Below, piece after piece: positions 10,201 to 18,170 of a stretch of 44,999 nucleotides of DNA. Below the pieces are notes generated by a model that did not search any database, had not been told where the DNA came from, and saw only the letters and a program-made list of their open reading frames with translations. The position numbers and the translations under genes are program-made. The stretch's first letter is position 1. Every line of letters starts with the position of its first letter. Source of the DNA: a virus (taxonomy: Duplodnaviria; Caudoviricetes); the IMG/VR virus record IMGVR_UViG_3300035321_000146, positions 1 to 44,999 of that record, one strand, 5' to 3'.

Positions 10201-13187
10201 GCATCAGGTATTTCGTTAGGATCAGCACCTTCAGCAACTAATCCATATTCACCATATGCGTTCGACCCATTAAGTGATCTAATCTGTCCACCATTACCTG
10301 CATAGTATGCAGTATGACAATAATATGTAAACACACTAACAAGCTCAGATAGTCCACCGTTCATTGTCACAACACCGTAGCCATCATCATTAACTTGTGT
10401 AAAGTCGTTGGCAAGCATACTACGGTTACCGCCTGTCTGAACGAATATACTATAACCGCCTGAACGTTGTGACGGATCGTTTGGATCCGGATCTGTAAAT
10501 GCTGGAATAACTTCTGTAAATCCGCTATTTGCACCAGATGTAGGATCTAATATTAGAACTGCACTACCTTGCGCCTGATCATAATCTGTTACAGCATTAA
10601 CTGTATAACGTATACCATCAATATAGAACGGGGCAGGTAAGCTAGGCTTACGAACAAATAACCCACCCGAGCCAATTGTTTTAACAGTTAATCTAAATGG
10701 CGTATTGGAAGCATCAGTTATAACCTGCATTGGCACATTACCGCACCACGCATCAATAAACATACCTCCTCGGAATGCTTGTTGATTTATACCTTGGCTT
10801 AAACTTGTAGCAGTCTGTATGTACGGTGACTTTGTTAATACTTGGTTATCAGGATCTAGCACACACATAAATCCGCCATGACCGGTAACTGTCATGTTGC
10901 GTAAAATACTTGCATCTCCCATTAAGAACACATCCATTAATGAGTTGTCAATTGGCGCACTTGTAATGTCCGTCGGATCTGACAGATAATGATGTCCGTA
11001 GTAACCACCAGTCACTGGATCAACTACACCTGCACTAGTAAGTGTCAAATTATCAAAAGTTGCATCTCTGTAAAAATACGATTTTGCATATGGAGATGTA
11101 CTTACGCCTTCAGCTGGCCTAACTATAACTCGTCTAAATTCATCACCTTTTATACTAACATTTGATGGAACTTTAATTGGTAGTTGTTCGTAGTAAATAC
11201 CAGATTCTACTCTAATACTAATTTGTGTATCTTTAACTAGATTTCCAAATTCAAGTTCTTCCCCTACTAAGAACTCAATTGGTTCTAGTAGTTGCATTTT
11301 TATTGTATCTTCACTAGCACCATTGTCTACTTCAGCAATACGTCCTAACGCTTTGCTTGTTTTACCACGTATTACTTTACCTGCACGTAAATCTAAGTTT
11401 GAAGGATTTGATTGATCTAAGAAACCAAATCCGCCATTATCTACAACAATAGTATATGTGCTACCTTCAACTATAGGACCTGTAGATGCTAAGCCAGGAG
11501 CATTACCTTGTGCATCACCTTGCATGATTTCAACAATTTTATCAAACTTTGCAAGCACTGCGCCTCTAGCTGTTGCATTTGCAGGAGCACCTGTGTTAAC
11601 TTGTACTTGAGAGTTTCCTGTTGTAGGTGTATGAGCTACATGCTGTAGCACTCTGTCTGCAACTAGTCGTGCATGTTGTATTCCTGCAACAGTTTCAGTT
11701 AATTGCGAACTAACTGCTTTACGTCCACTTACGTTTGAGAAGTAGCGCAATCCTGCTTCTATTGTTAAGAAGTTTGTCGCAGCACCACTGTTAACATCTA
11801 ATTTAATACTGTCTAATATAAGACCTATGTCTCTTGCACAAATTGCTGTATCGTATACAAAGTCAGGATATGTAGCATTTACATGTGCTACAACTTCGTC
11901 CATAATAAACTGACGGTTGTCTGTAAGCAAGGCAAACATATTAGTATACCCTGCACTATTGGTTAGGCCCTTAGCTGTAACTTCTGCAGGTGATACTGTG
12001 TTGTATGTAATAGTTTGCATGTAAGGACCCGGGCGGGCTCTTGTGGTTGCAATTAATTCTTCCGCTAGTTGTGCTGCTTTGTTTATTGATTTAAATGCAC
12101 TACTAGGTGAACGTCCTACTCTATCATATGCTGTATTTGTTTGTAAATCGTCGCCTTGTGTACTAACGTAAATATTTGTTGTACTTGCAAAACTTGTATT
12201 ATCCACATAAAACTTTGTTGCAGCTTGGAAGTCTTCTTCTACACCACTATTTACACCTGAGTATGAACCTGGATGATCATGTAATAACAATGCACCAGTC
12301 ATTTTATCACCTGAACGTTTGGTTACATTTTTACGTGGCAGTGCTTCGTTATCTAAGTAAAAGCCTGGAATATCTTCATCGTAGTTATTATTTGTTAATG
12401 TGCCTGTTGTTGGGGTTAACGCTGCTGTTGCCGATAACGCATTAGCTTCAGATGTAAATAGTTGTAGGTTATCCTCATCTACAACTTTTAGATAGTAGGT
12501 AACACCGTTGGTAAGCCCGTTAGCTGTTGTCCCTGCAAAAGTATAAGGTTTGCCTGTGCTGTATTGGTTTAAACCATGTGCAGTTACAGTTGCATTTAAT
12601 CCGTTCACTGCACTAATAGTTAATGTATATTCTGTTGCATCTACTGGCTCATCTCTGACTGGAATAGGTCTGCCAATACTTGCATAGTTTGTGTCAATAT
12701 ATTTTTTGTCAGGTACTAAGTCGTCAATAGATATTGCGTCTGGTGTACCTGTTAGCCCGTGTGTATTGTTAAACTGTGTAGCAGCGTTTGCAGATATAGC
12801 AATTCTACCTATACTAAATAGGTTAAGACCGTCTAAGTCACCACCTAATGTTGGTTGTATGTCGTTACCAACTGCTGCTCCGTTATTTGTAATTTTAATT
12901 TTCGATGGATCACTAGTGTAATCAACAGTTAGTCCTGAAACTTCTAATGCCCTTAGATCTATTGCAGTACCGTCGCTAGATGATATAGCAAGTAAGTTAC
13001 CATTTCCTTGTGCATCAGTTAGTGTGCTAGGTGTATCACTTAATGAACTAAATCCAATCTGTCCACCTTGTCCAAATACAGCATAAAGTTCCTGGAAGTT
13101 TTCATTTAATTTATTAAATGCTTCACGGATACTATCACCTGTACCGTCGTTGCCCTCTACACCAATATTTACTACTTGTCTAGTCAT
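7218..13187 (-). CDS. Giant tail fibre/spike protein (1989 aa): gp9/gp10-like N-terminus, beta-helix-like core, C-terminal autocleaving chaperone (peptidase G2/IMC-like)
   Basis: NDGTGDSIREAFNKLNENF at the N-terminus; YVSTQGDD..FKSINKA motif; C-terminal YADLAENY...ALQGRVPCKV..KGD. Confidence 0.8.
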   Translation of the reverse strand: MTRQVVNIGVEGNDGTGDSIREAFNKLNENFQELYAVFGQGGQIGFSSLSDTPSTLTDAQGNGNLLAISSSDGTAIDLRALEVSGLTVDYTSDPSKIKITNNGAAVGNDIQPTLGGDLDGLNLFSIGRIAISANAATQFNNTHGLTGTPDAISIDDLVPDKKYIDTNYASIGRPIPVRDEPVDATEYTLTISAVNGLNATVTAHGLNQYSTGKPYTFAGTTANGLTNGVTYYLKVVDEDNLQLFTSEANALSATAALTPTTGTLTNNNYDEDIPGFYLDNEALPRKNVTKRSGDKMTGALLLHDHPGSYSGVNSGVEEDFQAATKFYVDNTSFASTTNIYVSTQGDDLQTNTAYDRVGRSPSSAFKSINKAAQLAEELIATTRARPGPYMQTITYNTVSPAEVTAKGLTNSAGYTNMFALLTDNRQFIMDEVVAHVNATYPDFVYDTAICARDIGLILDSIKLDVNSGAATNFLTIEAGLRYFSNVSGRKAVSSQLTETVAGIQHARLVADRVLQHVAHTPTTGNSQVQVNTGAPANATARGAVLAKFDKIVEIMQGDAQGNAPGLASTGPIVEGSTYTIVVDNGGFGFLDQSNPSNLDLRAGKVIRGKTSKALGRIAEVDNGASEDTIKMQLLEPIEFLVGEELEFGNLVKDTQISIRVESGIYYEQLPIKVPSNVSIKGDEFRRVIVRPAEGVSTSPYAKSYFYRDATFDNLTLTSAGVVDPVTGGYYGHHYLSDPTDITSAPIDNSLMDVFLMGDASILRNMTVTGHGGFMCVLDPDNQVLTKSPYIQTATSLSQGINQQAFRGGMFIDAWCGNVPMQVITDASNTPFRLTVKTIGSGGLFVRKPSLPAPFYIDGIRYTVNAVTDYDQAQGSAVLILDPTSGANSGFTEVIPAFTDPDPNDPSQRSGGYSIFVQTGGNRSMLANDFTQVNDDGYGVVTMNGGLSELVSVFTYYCHTAYYAGNGGQIRSLNGSNAYGEYGLVAEGADPNEIPDAVGLIDSFVQQAEVFSNGGVYTNPVDQLYIYVTGPLYTPHARGEIEIDHGGLIGLTRYEIVTIENITNSDPLIVGSNARNTNVYKINFSTAGTGGTSDTGLKVEPTLGDPVTIRCNQNFKFDGVREVQPIRPSTAVKFTDEYVGFTYRSVAFGVTDGTGVALTNADETIVTIDQTFDYLRLAVKQSEIGNANADSDPGTMGAAAGDTMIAIEILSSQDDIDRLNNNALTALAEQPVLGSGQVRQAPYIFGWAGQIYEVFEYVERTGFATVKIQRYAGDSVGSQTGATGLGATLTRADYDITLRAGLQGKVDTALTTEVTNATITFKISTCRATGHDFLDIGTGSYNDSNYPNVVLGEPVIQNSQAREVEERTEGRVFYVSTDQDGFFRVGRFFTVDQGTGRVTFSASIALSNLDGIGFKRGVAITAFLTDTAMVDNATDAAPTQSAVVGYVNRRLGFTADGSAVPNPLSPFGGYLKLDGGTMDGSLNMFDNHIINVPDIDPDYNDDSVAVNKAYVDANLEAYNELTELRNMEIVNSTSGDLLVATGYYRIIVDNTVDGDWENHVTEALTTSSGATGVLIDAVDTLIRGDARTILTYELDAGSPQFPNTDTVSYSGGVNAQIISPGGIPVDEYANVHVDTTAGDIAISVTRNGPNAPGPDSYAALTIEDGKIFNNHVAANAAIEQSKLNMNLAAGAAAAPTGTAAQIQAASGLASFDEAQFDVTSGWASIQDGGITRAKLEDSTAGTALAREAGVANGPVQEVTFAHIFDNGGDFTTTGEANKVVKTTGTGEVVGTSFGMDGVTVIDYSGTSHNIYSKGGTKLIGLDGTTITVGGDIVTGGTAHNIGTSSNKFNTVYATTFDGTATSAQYADLAENYLGDEAYEPGTVVVFGGDAEITVTNVKGDHRVAGVVSTDPAYLMNSKLEGSNVIALALQGRVPCKVIGAVRKGDMLVTSAIPGYAIVNNNPGVGTVIGKAVANKTDGDRGVVEVVVGRV

Positions 13188-13199
13188 TTTATCCTATCC

Positions 13200-13559
13200 T
13201 TAAAACTGTGGAATTGCATCCATATCGAAATTTACACTTACGCCGCATCCACAACTACTTTGTGCATTTGGATTATTAATTTCAAAGTTTGCTCCGACTA
13301 TGCTCTTAACATAATCTACTTCTGTGCCAATTAAAAACATTAAACTGTGCGATCCAATTACAAAAGCACAGCCTTCTGCTGTTTTTACAACTTCGTCGTC
13401 ATCATTTAATTCATTAGGTAAGTTTACAAAGCCCCATTCGTATTCAAACCCAGCACAGCCACCGCCTTTAATGTTTAGACTAATGCCATAAACTTCATTT
13501 TCATCACATAATTTATTAATTTGTGCTTCTGCTGCTGGAGTAAGTGTACATACGCTCAT
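13200..13559 (-). CDS. iscA: A-type Fe-S cluster carrier (HesB/IscA/ErpA family)
   Basis: GGGCAGFEY and NPNAQSSCGCGVS motifs with the three conserved Cys. Confidence 0.9.
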   Translation of the reverse strand: MSVCTLTPAAEAQINKLCDENEVYGISLNIKGGGCAGFEYEWGFVNLPNELNDDDEVVKTAEGCAFVIGSHSLMFLIGTEVDYVKSIVGANFEINNPNAQSSCGCGVSVNFDMDAIPQF

Positions 13560-13621
13560 AGTTTTTACCTCTCTTATTGATATTTATCGTATTTTTTTAT
13601 AATCTTAATGTAAATATAGTT

Positions 13622-13909
13622 ATGTATATAAGAGAATATAAACAACAAACAAGGCACAGCCGTACATCTAAGTGCGGTAAAATGCATGAATATACAAGAC
13701 AGCGCACCTATGTTCAATTACGCTGTGATAACTGTGATACAGAGTTTATTCGTAGTAGAGGAAGTATGGATCCTGCTAGATTGAGTAATAATTACTTTCA
13801 CGTATGTAAGAACTGCGATAGTAAAAAATTTGCTCAGAAGAAGGGGATAGAAAAAAAGCAGATATGGAATATATCTGCTTCAAGTAATTTATCTATTAGT
13901 AAACTCTAG
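13622..13909 (+). CDS. Small basic Zn-ribbon protein (CxxC...CxxC)
   Basis: CDNC and CKNC motifs; start placed at ATG 13622, 5 nt after TAAATA. Confidence 0.7.
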   Translation: MYIREYKQQTRHSRTSKCGKMHEYTRQRTYVQLRCDNCDTEFIRSRGSMDPARLSNNYFHVCKNCDSKKFAQKKGIEKKQIWNISASSNLSISKL

Positions 13910-14067
13910 TTACGCCAAATAGTATAGGCGCCATATGCTATTGCACCATATGCAATTGCTTGTGCTAATCCTGAAAATATAATTATAACTGCACCTGCTA
14001 CAACCATAAGAATTCCGTCCATTGTTGAACGCTCGTCGAGTTTTGTTTTGATCCAATTTTTAATCAT
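13906..14067 (-). CDS. Small membrane protein, 53 aa (MIKNWIKTKLDERSTMDGILMVVAGAVIIIFSGLAQAIAYGAIAYGAYTIWRN); not in the ORF track
   Basis: Hand-translated; AGGAG Shine-Dalgarno; two hydrophobic segments. Confidence 0.7.
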   Translation of the reverse strand: MIKNWIKTKLDERSTMDGILMVVAGAVIIIFSGLAQAIAYGAIAYGAYTIWRN

Positions 14068-14317
14068 TGCCCATTCTCCTTACTTGTTTTTCTAAATTTG
14101 TTAATCGTGCTTCTGTAGTTCGCAACTTATTTTCTAATCCTTGCACATATTTTGTACTAGGTATAGTATGTTCAGTACCATCTTCGCCTAGTACTTTCAT
14201 CGTATCTACACCCTGCCCACGTAGTCCGCCTAACACTCTATTGGGATTTTTATCCGAATGCTGGGACGTAGGATTTGGTGACTTGTTCCGTCCGTACATG
14301 CTCTTTAAGTAACTCAT
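14060..14317 (-). CDS. Hypothetical protein with C-terminal coiled coil
   Basis: AAGGAG Shine-Dalgarno before ATG 14317; TATAAATA upstream. Confidence 0.7.
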   Translation of the reverse strand: MSYLKSMYGRNKSPNPTSQHSDKNPNRVLGGLRGQGVDTMKVLGEDGTEHTIPSTKYVQGLENKLRTTEARLTNLEKQVRRMGND

Positions 14318-15383
14318 TACTTGTCTCCTTATAGTATTTATATAGTTCAATACTTGCTAAGTTTTTTGCTTTGCTTTCGACCATGATATCTGCATAAGGT
14401 AAAAAGCTCAATGCCCAATCATTAACAGCTGAATTCCACATGTAATCACTGTGTGCCCGAAGTTTTGCTTTCTTACAACCTTGTTCTAATAGTTGCGAGA
14501 AATCTGGTTTAACATCTCGTCTATGTTTAGTAAGGTAATCTTCACGGCTAACGCTGTAATGAATGACAGGACGAACGCCACGCCAACTGTCCATAACACG
14601 TAGGAATTTATCATCATTAGGATCAATGTATTCCCCTTCTCTACACCAATTATGATGTATGTCTAATACAAGAGCAACGTCATCTGCTAGTTCTAAGCTA
14701 CTATCGAGACCCCATTTGTTTTCGTCGTTCTCGATTGTGATGGTGTTTCTCGCTTCTGGCGATAGGCGTTTAAGTGCGGCTTTGATACCGGCTGGACCTT
14801 GCCTACCTGATATGTGGACATTGCATTTAAAGTCTTGGAAGGTCTTGCCGTATCCCATCCAGCGCAAGACATCGGTGTGATATTCAAATTCTTCTATGCT
14901 CCTATCTACAATTTCGGGGTTGTCGCTTGCAAGTACAGTGAATTGACCCGGGTGCATCGATAGCCGGACATCAAGGGCTCTTGCCGTTTCACCGACTTTT
15001 GCAAACTCTCTTTCCGCATATTGTACCACGTCAGGATGCTTCCAATAATAACTCCACTCGTGCTGGGTATAAACAGGAAGAACATCAGAGCCGAGTCGAA
15101 CCATCCGAAGTTCAAGTGGAAGAGATCCCACATATTCAATCAACCTTTTGTAGGACGCAATGTTATGGACCATAATGTCCCACAAGCGTTCTTCAGCAAC
15201 ATCACGTGTTTGTCTATTAAGCCACTGTACTGTTGTGCTACGAGTATTTAGCGGACGTTGTCTTTCTTCTAGTAGTTTCTTCTTCTGCGATTGATCAGGA
15301 TCCATGTACTTACATGCAAAACCTATACGCTGTTGTTGCGATTTCAAAAAGTCACCTGCATTTGTAAATTTAAGATCATTCAT
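14250..15383 (-). CDS. uvsE: UV damage endonuclease (UvsE/UVDE)
   Basis: IGFACK, RLSMHPGQFTVLAS, IENDE, LDIHH, LRAHSD and DIMVESKAK motifs. Confidence 0.92.
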   Translation of the reverse strand: MNDLKFTNAGDFLKSQQQRIGFACKYMDPDQSQKKKLLEERQRPLNTRSTTVQWLNRQTRDVAEERLWDIMVHNIASYKRLIEYVGSLPLELRMVRLGSDVLPVYTQHEWSYYWKHPDVVQYAEREFAKVGETARALDVRLSMHPGQFTVLASDNPEIVDRSIEEFEYHTDVLRWMGYGKTFQDFKCNVHISGRQGPAGIKAALKRLSPEARNTITIENDENKWGLDSSLELADDVALVLDIHHNWCREGEYIDPNDDKFLRVMDSWRGVRPVIHYSVSREDYLTKHRRDVKPDFSQLLEQGCKKAKLRAHSDYMWNSAVNDWALSFLPYADIMVESKAKNLASIELYKYYKETSNELLKEHVRTEQVTKSYVPAFG

Positions 15384-15508
15384 TTGTATATGCCTTCAAT
15401 AGTATAATGTTTACTATTATACACTGCCCAACTTAAACTGTCAAGTCTATTATATCCTTGATTACGTAATTTTTTATACCAGGCAATGTAATTTGTTAGC
15501 CTTTTCAT
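15380..15508 (-). CDS. Small 42-aa protein (MKRLTNYIAWYKKLRNQGYNRLDSLSWAVYNSKHYTIEGIYK), translationally coupled at both ends
   Basis: ATGA overlaps with both the upstream glycosyltransferase stop and the uvsE start. Confidence 0.55.
   Translation of the reverse strand: MKRLTNYIAWYKKLRNQGYNRLDSLSWAVYNSKHYTIEGIYK
15416..15444 (-). promoter_or_regulatory. Consensus sigma70 promoter TTGACA-N17-TATAAT upstream of uvsE
   Basis: Perfect consensus with a 17-nt spacer. Confidence 0.8.
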
Positions 15509-16200
15509 GTCCATCTTTCTATTACCCAAGGGTCTCTACAATCTGCAGGGTTAGGATCTCCATGAAATACTGCAATACTTGTCTCAGGTAATACAACAGG
15601 TTCACCTACATCTTTAAAGTTACGTTTGCCGTGTATCTTAACCATATCTGGTTTACCACGCATTTCCCACTTATAACTTTGTATCCACTCGTCTGGCCAA
15701 TAATTAAAATTAGTCTTTACCTTAGAATAAATCCAATCTTGATCTCCGTGAAAGCGCCTCGCACCGTGTGGATTTTTTATAAACTCTTCGTACACATATG
15801 CATGGTCGCCTGTGTTTAGCCTAAATACACTACTATTCATTCTGTCCCATGTTTGTCTCTGATGGCGATTAAAATCACGTATAATACAAAACTCGTTAGG
15901 CTTGTAAGTAAAAAGTTTGTCAATGTTTTCAAATACAACTACGTCTAAGTCTAGGTATAACAGTGTACCTTCAAGTCCAATATGCGGATTGAAAAAGTAA
16001 GGCTTATACCACCAACCTGTTAGTCTAGGATCAAGAAACAAAGGTAAGTGCGTAATCTTTTTGTTTAATCCGTCTGCGTTTTCAGTCAAGCAGACAAATT
16101 CAAAATCTATAGTTAGATTACGACTTACCATAGCAAAAAGCCTATTGACGTAGTCAGCTGAATACTTGGTGCCGTGTTTTAGACAAACAATGTAATTCAT
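15505..16200 (-). CDS. GT-A fold glycosyltransferase-like protein
   Basis: YLDLDVV (DxD), NSSV, GDQD and VFHGDPNP motifs; start at 16200 by TAATG coupling to queD. Confidence 0.8.
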   Translation of the reverse strand: MNYIVCLKHGTKYSADYVNRLFAMVSRNLTIDFEFVCLTENADGLNKKITHLPLFLDPRLTGWWYKPYFFNPHIGLEGTLLYLDLDVVVFENIDKLFTYKPNEFCIIRDFNRHQRQTWDRMNSSVFRLNTGDHAYVYEEFIKNPHGARRFHGDQDWIYSKVKTNFNYWPDEWIQSYKWEMRGKPDMVKIHGKRNFKDVGEPVVLPETSIAVFHGDPNPADCRDPWVIERWT

Positions 16201-16646
16201 TATTTCTCGTAGATAGCCGAATTTGCTCCGTGTTCTGCGCACTCAACTCGCACACAATAACAACGATTATCAGTTGCTTCTCGAATCAGTTTGTCTGCAA
16301 AGTTAAATGCATGTTCTGCAAACTTCTCTGTACCTACACCGTCAAACACTCTGCATTCTGCTAATCCAAGTTCTTCAAGTTCTTGTAGTTTTACAAGCCA
16401 AGGATCTTTTTTATCTAAACACAATTTGTGATCGAATTTATCTTCTAACCAAGCCTTCAAAGGCTTTAGTCCGCCGAAGTCAACTGCCCAGTTCTTATTG
16501 TCTAGATAATCACAACCAAATGTAAATGTAAATGCTAGACTGTAACCATGTAGCAGATGACAGTGTGAGTGATCTGCATTTGGTTGACGGAACACTGCTG
16601 ATAGTCCAATATTGTGTCCATATGTTTTTGTCGAATAATAACTCAT
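16200..16646 (-). CDS. queD: 6-pyruvoyl-tetrahydropterin synthase / QueD family T-fold protein
   Basis: SHCHLLHGY, VDFGGLK, FDHK, E..A and final E....A.Y motifs. Confidence 0.85.
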   Translation of the reverse strand: MSYYSTKTYGHNIGLSAVFRQPNADHSHCHLLHGYSLAFTFTFGCDYLDNKNWAVDFGGLKPLKAWLEDKFDHKLCLDKKDPWLVKLQELEELGLAECRVFDGVGTEKFAEHAFNFADKLIREATDNRCYCVRVECAEHGANSAIYEK

Positions 16647-16665
16647 TGTATCTCCTTAGCTAATT

Positions 16666-16708
16666 AGTGCCGGAATATTTAACGAGGGACGAACACTTAG
16701 TCCTCATT
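16666..16708 (-). promoter_or_regulatory. Candidate H-type pseudoknot in the queD 5' UTR
   Basis: Stem AAUGAGG-AC/GU-C-CCUCGUU; loop AGUGUU complementary to downstream GGCACU just before the AAGGAG Shine-Dalgarno. Confidence 0.4.
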
Positions 16709-16711
16709 ATT

Positions 16712-16740
16712 ATTATACTATAAGTCGTTCATTGTGTCAA
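16712..16740 (-). promoter_or_regulatory. Consensus sigma70 promoter TTGACA-N17-TATAAT upstream of queD
   Basis: Perfect consensus. Confidence 0.8.
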
Positions 16741-17200
16741 GTGGTTCTATAATTAATAAAATATTACTATACTCTGCTGTTTTTGGAACTTTAAATATCC
16801 AATGGTTGCAAATAAAATCACCATACATGGTAACTCTGTATCTTCCACCAACGTCCATATCTTGAGGACGTTCCATGCTAAACACGTTTGGCACTAGTTC
16901 TCCTGGTCTTGTGTTTCTAAGATATTGTCTTGTAAATGCGTTTAAATCATAACTGTGACTGCCGTCTTCTGCATATGCTACTCCATATACAGCCGTACTA
17001 GCACACTCATATGGCTTATATCCTAGCATGTGGAATTCTATATCATCTTCTTTTGTAATAGGATTGTTTACAATTTCAATTTTTATATCTTGGAAAACAT
17101 GTGCGTTTTTAAAACTCATGTAAGTCACACCAAATATTATACAAATGGCTAGGCTTAGTCCGCTTAGAATATTTAACAATATAATTCTAATTGGTGTCAC
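16718..17200 (-). CDS. Hypothetical protein with an N-terminal membrane anchor
   Basis: ORF track; hydrophobic N-terminus. Confidence 0.7.
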   Translation of the reverse strand: MTPIRIILLNILSGLSLAICIIFGVTYMSFKNAHVFQDIKIEIVNNPITKEDDIEFHMLGYKPYECASTAVYGVAYAEDGSHSYDLNAFTRQYLRNTRPGELVPNVFSMERPQDMDVGGRYRVTMYGDFICNHWIFKVPKTAEYSNILLIIEPLDTMNDL

Positions 17201-17483
17201 TTTTAATCTCCTCTCGAATTTCTTTAAGGTCTTGCTTTACTTCTTCTAAATTGTTGGTTGCTGACGACATTGTCTTGATAACGTATTTAACAGTTATAAT
17301 GGTCCAAAACCACCAAGTCACAGCGGTAAAAGCAAATAAAATCATACCGATATTAAACATTGTGTCAAAAGAGGTTATGCCGATTGTGAGGGATACAGCA
17401 CTTACCAAAAGAAAAATCGTTGGGGCTATTTTTGCATATAGATCCCAACGAGCAACCTGTTGTTCAATTTTTTTATTCTTCAA
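17187..17483 (-). CDS. Hypothetical two-TM membrane protein with C-terminal coiled coil
   Basis: ORF track; two hydrophobic helices. Confidence 0.7.
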   Translation of the reverse strand: MKNKKIEQQVARWDLYAKIAPTIFLLVSAVSLTIGITSFDTMFNIGMILFAFTAVTWWFWTIITVKYVIKTMSSATNNLEEVKQDLKEIREEIKSDTN

Positions 17484-17538
17484 ATTTTTTCCATCCTAGG
17501 CTTTTTTTTAAAAATGGTGTCTATGGATCACCAACTAA

Positions 17539-18120
17539 TTATATTGTATTTATTTTATGGATGCTGATATTAACGTAGCACTTCCACTGTTCAGGCATAA
17601 CAAAATCGTTATTATATATTTTAAATTGAGTATTTTTATAATAGTCAAATACTTTCCCTATTTGATGTATCCAATATCTTGGATCAACAGCACGTTTGTC
17701 ACTTGAATTATAATTACTACTATTTTTATAGATATTATTTGTTTTACCATCTGTGCCATATAAATCAAATCCTATCATTTTTACAATCTTTTCTTGTTTT
17801 GCAGCCAACAAGACTGCGTAAGGACCACTGCCCCACTGAAAGGGATCATCTGCTCTTTGTGTACCTTTGTACCATAACTTAGGTACCTGTCTTATCTTTT
17901 CATTTTTAGGAAATCTAAGCAACCAATCTTTTCTTGTGTAAATATTACTACGCACGTTTGCACCTGCTTTAATTGCTTCACTGACCATACGCTTATCTAC
18001 GCAAATAATATGATCAATGTTAGTATAGTCTCTAAAAATCGCATTGCAACCTACCTTAATACCTGGTATTGCATTTATATCAATGTCTTTACGACTTTCA
18101 CCATTGCCTATAACTAACAT
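17539..18120 (-). CDS. DUF115/MptE- or GT29-like Rossmann-fold protein
   Basis: VIGNGESR, GCNA and MIGFDL motifs. Confidence 0.65.
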   Translation of the reverse strand: MLVIGNGESRKDIDINAIPGIKVGCNAIFRDYTNIDHIICVDKRMVSEAIKAGANVRSNIYTRKDWLLRFPKNEKIRQVPKLWYKGTQRADDPFQWGSGPYAVLLAAKQEKIVKMIGFDLYGTDGKTNNIYKNSSNYNSSDKRAVDPRYWIHQIGKVFDYYKNTQFKIYNNDFVMPEQWKCYVNISIHKINTI

Positions 18121-18170
18121 ACTTTATTTAATAAATACACAGTAGGAATATAAAATTATTGGGATAAGTA

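Noticed and set aside
17510-17533. Weak hairpin plus T5 on the minus strand as a terminator
   Set aside because: Short bulged stem; not distinguishable from background by eye.
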